Part shown: positions 1 to 8,450 of the stretch, in pieces
Layout: the number at the start of each line of letters is the position of its first letter
How positions within the stretch are numbered: the first letter of the stretch is position 1
NCBI GenBank assembly: GCA_963783385.1
Contig: CAWANJ010000001.1
Span: forward strand, 128,001 to 192,000
From: an uncultured Gemmatimonadales bacterium
GTDB taxonomy: Bacteria > Gemmatimonadota > Gemmatimonadetes > Palauibacterales > Palauibacteraceae
DNA length: 64,000 nucleotides
Direction: 5' to 3'
The notes under the pieces: generated by a model
What the model saw: only the letters and a program-made list of their open reading frames with translations
Databases searched by the model: none
What the model was told of the DNA's origin: nothing
Program-made: the position numbers and the translations under genes

Positions 1-153
1 TCACGGTGGTGCCGGGGTCGCAGCCGTAGCGCTCCGGGCGGGCGCCTCGAGGCGCTGGCGCGCCAATGGGGGCGCGGATAGCTTGGCCAGCCGCCGGTCC
101 GAAGGCCGGCGGCTGCGCCGCGCTGGAGACGTCCCCAACCCCGTGCCCGAGCG

Positions 154-945
154 ATGAGACAGCCCTCCCGCACCGTACTCCTGGCCGTGGTGGCCGTCCT
201 GGCGCTGGCTCCTGCCGCGAGGGCCCAGGACAGCGCCCCGGCTCCATCGGACTCGGTCGCCGAGCTCACCGGACGGGTGTTCTCGGCCACGACGGGCGAT
301 GTCGTGCGCGGCGCGCAGATCGTGGTGGAGGGGACGGGACTCGGAGCGCTCGCCGACAGCACGGGCCGCTTTCGGATCGCCGGCCTTCCGGCCGGAGACC
401 ACACGATCCAGGTCCGTCGGATCGGGTTCGCCTCCGCCCGGGGGAGGATCCACCTCAAGGCCGGCGCCAGCGTCGACGCGACGTTCGTGCTCGAGGACAC
501 GGTGGTCCAGGTCGAGGGCATCCGGGTCACCGTGAGGCGCGACCCGGCCTCGGCGTTCGGAGACAAGCTCGCGCGCGTCGGCTACTTCCGGCGCAAGGAG
601 CGGGGGCTAGGCTACTTCATGGACCCGGCCCGCGTCGCGGAGCGCTTGCAGCAGTCCCGCGAGACCTCGGATCTGCTGCGCAACGTACCGGGCGTGTCGG
701 TGAGCCGCTCGGTTCTGGGTCAGGCGACCGTGCGCCTGTCACGCGGCCAGTCCTCCTGCGACCCCGTGCTGTACGTGGACGGGAAGCAGTCGCCCGGTCT
801 GCGGGTGGACGACCTTAACCGGGAAGACGTCCTCGCCCTGGAGGTGTACCGGGGTGCCTCCGAGACCCCGCTCTCCTACTCGATGCAGAAGAGCGGCTGC
901 GGCGTGATTCTCATCTGGACCCGGGAGGGCGGCGGCCGGCCGTAG
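154..945 (+). CDS. Exported carboxypeptidase-regulatory-like domain plus TonB plug-like domain protein, no beta-barrel
   Basis: Signal peptide (AARA-QD); 'LTGRV...GALADSTGRFRIAGLPAGDHTIQVRRIGF' CarboxypepD_reg-like; 'DLLRNVPGV...PVLYVDG...DVLALEVYRG...CGVILIWT' plug-like C-terminus, then stop. Confidence 0.8.
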   Translation: MRQPSRTVLLAVVAVLALAPAARAQDSAPAPSDSVAELTGRVFSATTGDVVRGAQIVVEGTGLGALADSTGRFRIAGLPAGDHTIQVRRIGFASARGRIHLKAGASVDATFVLEDTVVQVEGIRVTVRRDPASAFGDKLARVGYFRRKERGLGYFMDPARVAERLQQSRETSDLLRNVPGVSVSRSVLGQATVRLSRGQSSCDPVLYVDGKQSPGLRVDDLNREDVLALEVYRGASETPLSYSMQKSGCGVILIWTREGGGRP

Positions 946-1028
946 CCTCGATGAGGGAGCGGGCCCGGGGGCTCGCGCAGCCCCGGACCCGCCGGCCCGT
1001 CCTCGATGTACCTCGCCTCGACTCCCGC

Positions 1029-2414
1029 TCAGGAACCGTCGACCGGCTGACAGCCCGGGTCGCTGGTAATGCCGCGAGCGTCGCACTCGTCGTCCGTGTA
1101 CGGATAGCGCGGGAACACCTTGTCGAACGACCGCGCGCGCGGGAGCTCGTCCGGGTTGTCGGCCGTGCGTCCGTACTGCCGGGCGTCCAGGTAGGTGAAG
1201 CCTCCCTTGTACATGAGCGAGTAGCGCTTCTCGTAGAGGATCTCCTTGAGCAGGTCTCCGCCGTAGGGGTCGGGGATCGGGTCGAGGCCCCCGTCCTGGG
1301 TCCGGACCTGGTTGATGTCCTGAATGGCCGTCGAGCTGTTGCCCAGGGCGTAGTCCGCCTCGGCGTTGATGAGGAGCAGTTCCACGTTCGTGATGAAGGG
1401 CACGGGATCGGAGAGGTTCACGTAGTTGTTGAACTCCTCCGTCACGGTGATGTTGTCCAGCGTGTAGGACGGGATCGACGTCAGGTTGCGCTGGGCTCGC
1501 AGGTCCCTGGAACCGTCGGACCGCAGTTGCGCATCTCTCCACAGCCGCGGGTGGGCGAACATGTTCGTGCCCCGCTGCTGGGCGAGCGTGTTGACGGCGT
1601 CACCCGACTGGGTGGTGTAGTCGAAGTAAAGCCCCATCTGGAAGTCGCCCGACGGGTCCATGAAGGTGGCCGGCAGGACCGCCTTCACGTCGCTCCAGCG
1701 CCCCATGTACTTGAGCACCCGAACCTTGATGGCCCGGTTCACCTGCAGGAAGGTGGACGGCGTGCTGAAGCCGGCGAAGCCCGGCGGCAGGTCGAAGGGG
1801 AAGGCGCTCCCGCCAGACTGGAGGTGCTGGGCCGCCTCGTCCAGCAGGTTCAGGACGAAGGTGTAGGCGTCCGCGCTGGCCACCAGCGGAGCCAGGTCAC
1901 CCGCCGGATCGCGGTCCACGTCGAGCGGCATGGCCAGCGGATCGTGCATGGTGATGGCTTCCCAGTACGCCTCCGCCATGAAGGTCTGCGCGAAGCCCTT
2001 GGTGGCCTCCTGCTCGGTCGATGACAGCGTGGTGGCCGCATCGGCCGCGTGCACCAGGGTGTAGCCGTTCCGGATCAAGGCGTACTGCGCGTCCCAGAAG
2101 TTGTGGTAGGTGGAGAGGAGCGGGCCCACCAGCCGCTGGGTGATCGTGCGAGGCTCCTCCGGACGCAGGTTGTACACCTCGCGCCCGAACACGCCCAGGT
2201 CCGAAATGAAGCCCCCGGCCCAGTTGCCGCGTTCGGAGCGCACCAGTCCAATGGCCGCGCCCGCGATGGCGGCCCGATCGGGCGTGCTGGTCAGGTTCTG
2301 AACGCTCGGATCGTTGAACGAGGGGGCGTCCAGGCTCTGGCACCCCGCCAGGCTGAGGGCGAGGAGCAGGATTCCGGTCAGGGCCGTGCGCCCGGCGTTG
2401 CTTGCGAACGACAT
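1029..2414 (-). CDS. RagB/SusD-family outer-membrane lipoprotein
   Basis: Lipobox LAGC; 'ELLLINAEA...INQVR...ILYEKRYSLMYKGG' SusD C-terminal motifs; directly downstream of SusC. Confidence 0.9.
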   Translation of the reverse strand: MSFASNAGRTALTGILLLALSLAGCQSLDAPSFNDPSVQNLTSTPDRAAIAGAAIGLVRSERGNWAGGFISDLGVFGREVYNLRPEEPRTITQRLVGPLLSTYHNFWDAQYALIRNGYTLVHAADAATTLSSTEQEATKGFAQTFMAEAYWEAITMHDPLAMPLDVDRDPAGDLAPLVASADAYTFVLNLLDEAAQHLQSGGSAFPFDLPPGFAGFSTPSTFLQVNRAIKVRVLKYMGRWSDVKAVLPATFMDPSGDFQMGLYFDYTTQSGDAVNTLAQQRGTNMFAHPRLWRDAQLRSDGSRDLRAQRNLTSIPSYTLDNITVTEEFNNYVNLSDPVPFITNVELLLINAEADYALGNSSTAIQDINQVRTQDGGLDPIPDPYGGDLLKEILYEKRYSLMYKGGFTYLDARQYGRTADNPDELPRARSFDKVFPRYPYTDDECDARGITSDPGCQPVDGS

Positions 2415-2428
2415 GATCGCCCTCCTCC

Positions 2429-5419
2429 TCAGAAGCTAAGGTCCAGGGTGAGCCACACGCTGCGGCTCGGCGGGAACGGGGCCACGTCCTGCCCCGTGCT
2501 GATGGACTCGAGTCCCCAGTTCGAAACTTCGGGGTCCATCCCGCTGTAGCCGGTGAAACGCAGCAGGTCCCGTCCACTCAGGGTGACGCGGGCCGACCGC
2601 AGCTGGCCCCACAGCGAGCCGAGCAGCGCGGCAGGCACGTCCCAGGAGAGCGACAGTTCCCGGAGCTTCAGGAACGACGCGTCCTCGAGCCAGATGTCGG
2701 TGACCCGGCTCGGGTACAGCCGAAGCCGCATCTCGCCCAATGTCTCCCCGGGCTGGCAGGCCGACACGTTGCACGCGTTGGCGAAGTCCCAGCGGTTCTT
2801 GCTGAGGTCGAAAAGCCAGCCCGTCAGGTTCGCCACCCTGAATCCCTGCTCCCAGTCCAGAAGAGCGTGGAAGGTGATGTCCTTCCATCGCAGGTCGTTG
2901 GAGAAGCCCACCTGGAAGGAGGGACGCGAGCGACCGAGCCGCACGTTCTGGGCGATGCTGCCATCGGCGAGCGTGTCGTTGCCCACCCAGGCGGTCGGAT
3001 CGAAGCCCTGCTCGATCCGGAACGACCCCAGTCCGCCGAAGTTGTTGGGCGGCTGGAAGGGCGGCACGGTCAGCCTGGTGATCTTGGACCGATTCAGCGA
3101 GAAGGTCGTGCGGGTGGTCCAGTTCAGCGTCTTGCCCTTCACGGGCACGGCCGTGAGGTCGGCCTCGAAGCCCCTCTGCCGCATCTCGCCGCCGTTGAAG
3201 TACAGCACGCTGTAGCCGGTCGAGCCCGGCAGATTCCGGCGCACCAGGAGGTCCGAGATGTCCTGCTGGTAGACGGTCAGGGAGAGCTGGGCGCGCTCGT
3301 TCCGGAAGGTGACGTCCAGGCCGCCCTCGTACTCGGTCTGCTTCTCGGGCCGAAGGTCACTGGCCGCCGTGGATCCCGAGATGAGCAGCGTCTGCAGCCC
3401 GCTGTAGTTGGCGCCATTCAGCAGGCTGAACTTCTGCCCGTACTCGGGCTCGTTGCCCGACTGCCCGTACGCGGCCCGCACCTTGACCTCGGCGAGCGGG
3501 TCCGGAAGGCCCGTGATCCGGTACGAAGCCGAGGCCTTGGGATACCAGAAGATCTTGGTCGGGTCGGCGTCGCCGCTGCTCTGGTCGCCGCGGATCCCGG
3601 CGGTCAGGAGCAGCCGCTCCGAGATCAGGACCTCCTCCTGCCCGTAGAACCCGAAGTCCTCGGTTCGCTGCCGGTACTCGACCACGCTGGTGTTGGTGCC
3701 CTTGTCGACGTTGGACAGGCCATCGATGAGGTTGTTGGCGGTGTTGAGGATGTTGTCGGCGTCCCGCCGCTGGTACTCGGCGCCGGCCGAGGTCGTGGCC
3801 CGGACGTTCCCCAGGTAGAGCGTGTGGATGGCACTGAGGCCCGCGTTGGTGAACAGGCTGGTCCCGCCCGCGTTGGACGCGGTGCCCGGCTGGCCGAGCG
3901 TCTGCTCGTACTGCAGGTCTGGCGCCGAGTACAACTTGCCGGTGTGGCCGAACCAGTCGATGCCGCCGGTGAGCTTGATCTCGAGACTCTGCTTGTCACC
4001 GGTCAGCGGGGTGAGGTCGAACGAGCCCGAGCCGAGGAAGCGATTGATGAGCTCGTACTTGTCGACCAGGGTGGCGGTTTGTAGCGGGTTGCTCCTCGAG
4101 AAGGGATTCACCGGGAAGCTGCCGTCGGCGTTCTGCGAGAGGTCCACGAAGGACGGCGAGGACGGCATGGCCATCCAGTAGCTGATGCTGGCGTTGTCGT
4201 TGTTGGTGAGACCGCGCCGCGTCTTGCTGCGAATGTAGTTGGTGTTGACCGAGAGCTGCCCCAGGGTGCCGAACTTCTTCCCGAGGTTGAGGCGCGCGCT
4301 CTCCTTCTCGTAGCCCGTATTGATGATGATGCCGCCGTCGTACTTGCCCAGGCCCGACAGGTAGTACGACGTGTTGTCGAGACCTCCCGAGACGCTGACG
4401 TTCGTCTCGTAGCTCAGCGGCTTGTTTCCGGCCAGCTCCTGCTCGTGGTCGAAGAACGCCCCGGGCTTCCAGTAATCGGCCGCCCGCGGGCCGAACGCGT
4501 CGACCGCCGCCGCCTGCGAACCGAACTTTCGCAGGCCGATCTTGTTGGCGATCCACGGGACACCGGCCGACTGGGTCAGGTGCCAGCGCTGCGTCGCCCC
4601 GAACTGGCCGTGCTTGGTGGTGATGAGAACCACACCGTTGCTGGCCGCGGCGCCGTAGATCGCGGCGGCCGAGGGACCCTTGAGGATCTGGATGCTCTCG
4701 ATGTCGTCGGGGTTGAGGTCCGAGATCCGGTTGGACGAGTTGTCCTCGTGCTCCTGGGGCCCCCGGTCCGCGGCCCGGACCAGTCCCGCCTGTCCTGAGG
4801 GCAGCTGCGCGTTGCTGACGATGACGCCATCGACCACGTAGAGTGGCTGCGAGGTCCCGATGATCGAGCTTACGCCACGCAGCTCGATGCTCATGCCGCC
4901 GCCGGGAGCGCCGCTGTAGCTGCTCACCTTGGCCCCGGCGACCTTGCCGTGCAGCGCATCCTCCATGGTCGTCGCCGCCGGTGCTTCCTTGACGAGCTGG
5001 TCGGCGGTGAGCGTCGAGACCGCGTTGGCCAGGTTGCGCTTCTCGACTCCCGTGGCCCTCCCGCTCACCACGATCTCCTCCATGCCGAGGACGTCCTGCG
5101 TCAGGGTGACCTGTATGCTGGACTGTCCCGCGGGGACGGTCACCACCTTGCGTCGGTAGCCGATGAGCCGGAAAGCCAGCCGTGCGTCACCGGCCGGGAC
5201 GCGGACCCGGAAGGTCCCGTCCGACTCTCCGATCGTACCCAACTGGGTCCCGATCACGCTGATCTGCACCGAGCCGATCGGCTGCGCGGACGTGGCGTCC
5301 ACGACCTTCCCGGTGATGACCCGCGTCTGCTGTCCGGCGGCGCGCCCCGGCAGGACGGCCAGGGCCAGGGCCAGGACGAGGGTCGCGATGATGCGCGTGG
5401 GATCGAACGGTTCTCGCAT
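2429..5419 (-). CDS. SusC/RagA-family TonB-linked outer-membrane transporter
   Basis: Signal peptide, N-terminal extension, plug 'PLYVVDG...DLNPDDIESIQILKGPSAAAIYGAAASNGVVLITTK', 'YSGMDPE', C-terminal Phe. Confidence 0.95.
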   Translation of the reverse strand: MREPFDPTRIIATLVLALALAVLPGRAAGQQTRVITGKVVDATSAQPIGSVQISVIGTQLGTIGESDGTFRVRVPAGDARLAFRLIGYRRKVVTVPAGQSSIQVTLTQDVLGMEEIVVSGRATGVEKRNLANAVSTLTADQLVKEAPAATTMEDALHGKVAGAKVSSYSGAPGGGMSIELRGVSSIIGTSQPLYVVDGVIVSNAQLPSGQAGLVRAADRGPQEHEDNSSNRISDLNPDDIESIQILKGPSAAAIYGAAASNGVVLITTKHGQFGATQRWHLTQSAGVPWIANKIGLRKFGSQAAAVDAFGPRAADYWKPGAFFDHEQELAGNKPLSYETNVSVSGGLDNTSYYLSGLGKYDGGIIINTGYEKESARLNLGKKFGTLGQLSVNTNYIRSKTRRGLTNNDNASISYWMAMPSSPSFVDLSQNADGSFPVNPFSRSNPLQTATLVDKYELINRFLGSGSFDLTPLTGDKQSLEIKLTGGIDWFGHTGKLYSAPDLQYEQTLGQPGTASNAGGTSLFTNAGLSAIHTLYLGNVRATTSAGAEYQRRDADNILNTANNLIDGLSNVDKGTNTSVVEYRQRTEDFGFYGQEEVLISERLLLTAGIRGDQSSGDADPTKIFWYPKASASYRITGLPDPLAEVKVRAAYGQSGNEPEYGQKFSLLNGANYSGLQTLLISGSTAASDLRPEKQTEYEGGLDVTFRNERAQLSLTVYQQDISDLLVRRNLPGSTGYSVLYFNGGEMRQRGFEADLTAVPVKGKTLNWTTRTTFSLNRSKITRLTVPPFQPPNNFGGLGSFRIEQGFDPTAWVGNDTLADGSIAQNVRLGRSRPSFQVGFSNDLRWKDITFHALLDWEQGFRVANLTGWLFDLSKNRWDFANACNVSACQPGETLGEMRLRLYPSRVTDIWLEDASFLKLRELSLSWDVPAALLGSLWGQLRSARVTLSGRDLLRFTGYSGMDPEVSNWGLESISTGQDVAPFPPSRSVWLTLDLSF

Positions 5420-5449
5420 GCTGCGTCCTCCGCTCTCGGTGGTTCACCC

Positions 5450-5475
5450 GCTCGCCGAACCGGAGTTCGGCGAGC
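5450..5475. other. Perfect 11-bp hairpin in the susC leader
   Basis: GCTCGCCGAAC-cgga-GTTCGGCGAGC, about 30 nt upstream of the susC start on the minus strand. Confidence 0.6.
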
Positions 5476-5702
5476 ACGCCTCACGGATCCTGCGGTACGG
5501 ACGCGCCGTCCCGGGGACGGGCGCGTGTGGACGGACTACGATCCAGAAGATCGAGGGCTGGAGAGTCAATGTGGGTCCGGTCGGACGACCGGGGCCGGGA
5601 GCGTGAGATAGAGGCCGGCGCCACCCACCTCGGGGCGGGGACCCGGCCGAAGGCGGCCGCGGACGGCCGCTCGGAAGCGCAAAGCAAGAGTGGGTTAGGG
5701 CG

Positions 5703-5739
5703 ATGCGTATACCGCATAGCGCGCATGGTATACCGCATA
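5703..5739. promoter_or_regulatory. Tandem GntR/FadR-type operator-like palindromes
   Basis: GTATACCGCATA occurs at 5707 and 5728 (21-bp spacing); both copies approximate the palindrome ATGCGGTATACCGCAT; a related TGGCATACCGTGTACGGT lies at 5902-5919. Confidence 0.6.
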
Positions 5740-5753
5740 TTCCTGACTGTCAA
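5725..5753 (-). promoter_or_regulatory. Sigma70-like promoter for susC-susD (pair 1)
   Basis: Minus strand TTGACA (5753-5748), 17-bp spacer, TACCAT (5730-5725). Confidence 0.7.
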
Positions 5754-5872
5754 CCCCGGATATCCGCCATTCGTCGAATCGGGCCGCCGGGATCGATCGT
5801 ACCGGACCGCATTCGACTGGAGGCCGCCCGCGCCCTCATGGGCCATGGACTTACGCCACGGTGGCGCCCCGC

Positions 5873-5901
5873 TTGACGCTCAATGCGGGGGAATCTACGT
5901 T
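5873..5901 (+). promoter_or_regulatory. Sigma70-like promoter for the oxidase operon
   Basis: TTGACG (5873-5878), 17-bp spacer, TACGTT (5896-5901). Confidence 0.6.
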
Positions 5902-6009
5902 TGGCATACCGTGTACGGTCGTCCACTGGCGCCCGCACTTCGTGGTCGCGGGGACTTGTCGACCCGGCCCGGGTGCCCTAGGATCGGGCTTCGCCTCATG
6001 GGAGTCGGA

Positions 6010-6612
6010 ATGCCTGCACCGTCGACGTCATTGGAATGCGCGATCGCGCTGATCGTGCCGCTCATCGCGGCCGTCGGCCCGCTCCCCGGCACCCGGCGGG
6101 ATGTCGCGATGCACAGGGATGCGGCGGTCGTCGTGGCTCGATCCCCGGCTTCCCCCGTCTCGCGCGCGGCCTGCCTACTTCGTCCCCCCCTGTACCGCAT
6201 TCCGCTCAAGGCGGCGGGTTCGGTGACGGGCGCGGAGGGCGCAGCCGTCCTCCACCCGGCCTCCACGCTGTTCGGCGTCTCGGTGACAGCGGATGGTCAC
6301 GACCGGTTCATGGTGGAGGTCACCACGCGGGGCCTGCCGGCACCCGCCAGGCTCGGGGACTTCACGACATACGTGGCGTGGGCGGCTCGCGCCGACCTGA
6401 GCCGGATCGTCAAGCTCGGGGTTCTGGACTCGGAGGGACGTGCCTCCGGGGAGGTATCCTTCGAGAAGTTCCTGGTGTTCGTGACAGCCGAGCCCTCCGG
6501 GGACGTGACGCACAAGTCCGGCCCCATCCTGCTGCAGGGCCTGTCGCCGAGCGGCCAGATGAAGAACATGCTCACCGAGCCTCTCCTGAACGGCGGCATG
6601 CCGCCGTGCTGA
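6010..6612 (+). CDS. Hypothetical exported protein with RskA-like (anti-sigma-K C-terminal) domain
   Basis: ATG at 6010 preceded by GGAG; hydrophobic N-terminus; 'GLPAP...TYVAWA...VKLGVLD...FVTAEP...GPILLQG' resembles the RskA extracytoplasmic pattern; ends in PPC. The ORF-track start at 5527 lies upstream of the promoter and is rejected. Confidence 0.6.
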   Translation: MPAPSTSLECAIALIVPLIAAVGPLPGTRRDVAMHRDAAVVVARSPASPVSRAACLLRPPLYRIPLKAAGSVTGAEGAAVLHPASTLFGVSVTADGHDRFMVEVTTRGLPAPARLGDFTTYVAWAARADLSRIVKLGVLDSEGRASGEVSFEKFLVFVTAEPSGDVTHKSGPILLQGLSPSGQMKNMLTEPLLNGGMPPC

Positions 6613-6637
6613 GCTGTTCCCGGTTCGCTTCATCGAC

Positions 6638-8371
6638 GTGACGTCGAGGAGTCCTTCCCTGCTCGAGTCCCCCCATCTCCGGCCGTGGCTTACCTTGGCC
6701 GCGGCGGCCGTGCTCGCCCTGCAGCCGGCCGCGCTCCGAGCTCAGCATGCCGCGCCGAAGGCACACGACGTGGCGGGCGACACGGCCGAGGTCATGGGCC
6801 GCATGCCCCCCATGCAGGCGGGCATGAACATGCGGCTGGGCCTGGCGAACGAGAGACCCTCCGTGCAGCCCTGGCTGCCGGGCGAGGGCGTCGACCCGTC
6901 GACGCTGCCCGAGGCCGAGCCCAACCACACGATCCGCATGTCGGACGGCGACACCCTGGATCTCACGGCCGGCCTCGTCCGGCGGACTCTCCGGGGCAAG
7001 ACCGTCATCATGTACGCTTTCAACAACCAGTATCCCGGACCGCTCATCCGGGTGAAGCGCGGCACGACCATCGTGGTGCGCTTCCACAACCACCTCGACC
7101 TGCCCTCGACCGTGCACTGGCACGGGCTCCGGATCGAGAACCGGTACGACGGCGTGCCGGGGGTTACTCAGAAGCCCGTACCGCCCGGCGGTGACTTCGT
7201 CTACCACGTGCACTTCCAGGATGCCGGGGTCTACTGGTACCACCCGCACGTCCGGGGCGACATCGAGATCAGCGCCGGCCTGTACGGGAACGAGATCGTC
7301 GACTCGCCGATCTACGGCTTCGACAATCCGGTCAACCGGGAGCAGCAGCTCATGCTCTCGGACCTGCTGTTCGACAAGCACGGGCTCTTCCCTTACGGCA
7401 AGACGATCGCCGACTTCGCCATCATGGGCCGGTTCGGGAATCTGTTCCTGGTGAACGGCGAGCCCGACTTCCACATGAAGATCCACGCGGGAGACGTGGT
7501 CCGGTACTACATCACGGATGTCTCCTCGAGCCGCTCCTACAACGTGGTGTTCGCCGGCGGCAAGACGAAGCTCGTCGGCGCCGACATGGGCGCGTTCGAG
7601 CACGAGGCGTGGGTCCCCTCCATCCCGATCGCCGTCGCGCAGCGTTACGTGGCCGAGGTGCGTTACGACTCGGCCGGTCGCTTCCCGATCCTCAACCGCG
7701 TGCAGGCCATCAACCACGTGAAGGGGACCTTCTTCCCCGAGGTGGACACGCTCGGGATGGTGGAGGTCTCGCCGCAGCCCGCCGACAGCGATTTCTCGAA
7801 GTCCTTCGGCACGCTGCACGACCGCGACTCGGTCCAGGCCGACATCGAGCGGTACCGGAAGTACTTCGACAAGCCCGTGGACAAGCGCCTGGAGCTCACG
7901 GTCAACATCCAGGGTCTGCCGGGCAGGGTGCAGACGCTGATGGCCTCGGACACGATGTACTATCCTCCCGTCGAGTGGAACGACGGGATGCCCAAGATGA
8001 ACTGGATCTCGACCGGTCACGAGGTCCGCTGGATCCTGCGGGATCCGGACACGGGCAAGGAGAACATGGACATCGGCTGGCACTTCAAGACCGGGTCGGT
8101 GGTGAAGATCCGGATCCACAACGATCCCCTGTCCATGCATCCGATGAACCACCCCATCCACTTCCACGGGCAGCGCTTCCTGGTGCTGTCGCGGGACGGG
8201 GTCCCGACCGAGAACCTCGTCTGGAAGGATACCGTGCTCGTCCCGGTGGGCAGCACGGTCGTCATCCTCATGGACGCATCCAACCCCGGCACCTGGTTCG
8301 CGCACTGCCACATCGCGGAGCACCTCGACACGGGCATGAAGATGACCTTCACCGTCGGGCCCTCGCCCTGA
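6638..8371 (+). CDS. Three-domain multicopper oxidase (laccase/CueO-like)
   Basis: All four Cu motifs: HWHG, WYHPH, HPIHFHG, HCHIAEHLDTGM (Met axial ligand); signal peptide; Met-rich N-terminal segment. Confidence 0.95.
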   Translation: MTSRSPSLLESPHLRPWLTLAAAAVLALQPAALRAQHAAPKAHDVAGDTAEVMGRMPPMQAGMNMRLGLANERPSVQPWLPGEGVDPSTLPEAEPNHTIRMSDGDTLDLTAGLVRRTLRGKTVIMYAFNNQYPGPLIRVKRGTTIVVRFHNHLDLPSTVHWHGLRIENRYDGVPGVTQKPVPPGGDFVYHVHFQDAGVYWYHPHVRGDIEISAGLYGNEIVDSPIYGFDNPVNREQQLMLSDLLFDKHGLFPYGKTIADFAIMGRFGNLFLVNGEPDFHMKIHAGDVVRYYITDVSSSRSYNVVFAGGKTKLVGADMGAFEHEAWVPSIPIAVAQRYVAEVRYDSAGRFPILNRVQAINHVKGTFFPEVDTLGMVEVSPQPADSDFSKSFGTLHDRDSVQADIERYRKYFDKPVDKRLELTVNIQGLPGRVQTLMASDTMYYPPVEWNDGMPKMNWISTGHEVRWILRDPDTGKENMDIGWHFKTGSVVKIRIHNDPLSMHPMNHPIHFHGQRFLVLSRDGVPTENLVWKDTVLVPVGSTVVILMDASNPGTWFAHCHIAEHLDTGMKMTFTVGPSP

Positions 8372-8450
8372 ACCGGCGCGGCGTCCTGCAGGAGGCGCGG
8401 CCCACGACGGCCCGCGTCACTTCCTTCTCCCACGAACGAGAGGCGGAACG

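Noticed and set aside
5420-5700. Cobalamin or TPP riboswitch upstream of the TonB-dependent transporter
   Set aside because: No B12-box or TPP consensus was seen; kept only as an unclassified structured leader.
6600-6640. TGA read-through or selenocysteine fusing the RskA-like gene to the oxidase
   Set aside because: The two ORFs are in different frames, the oxidase has its own signal peptide, and no SECIS-like hairpin is evident.
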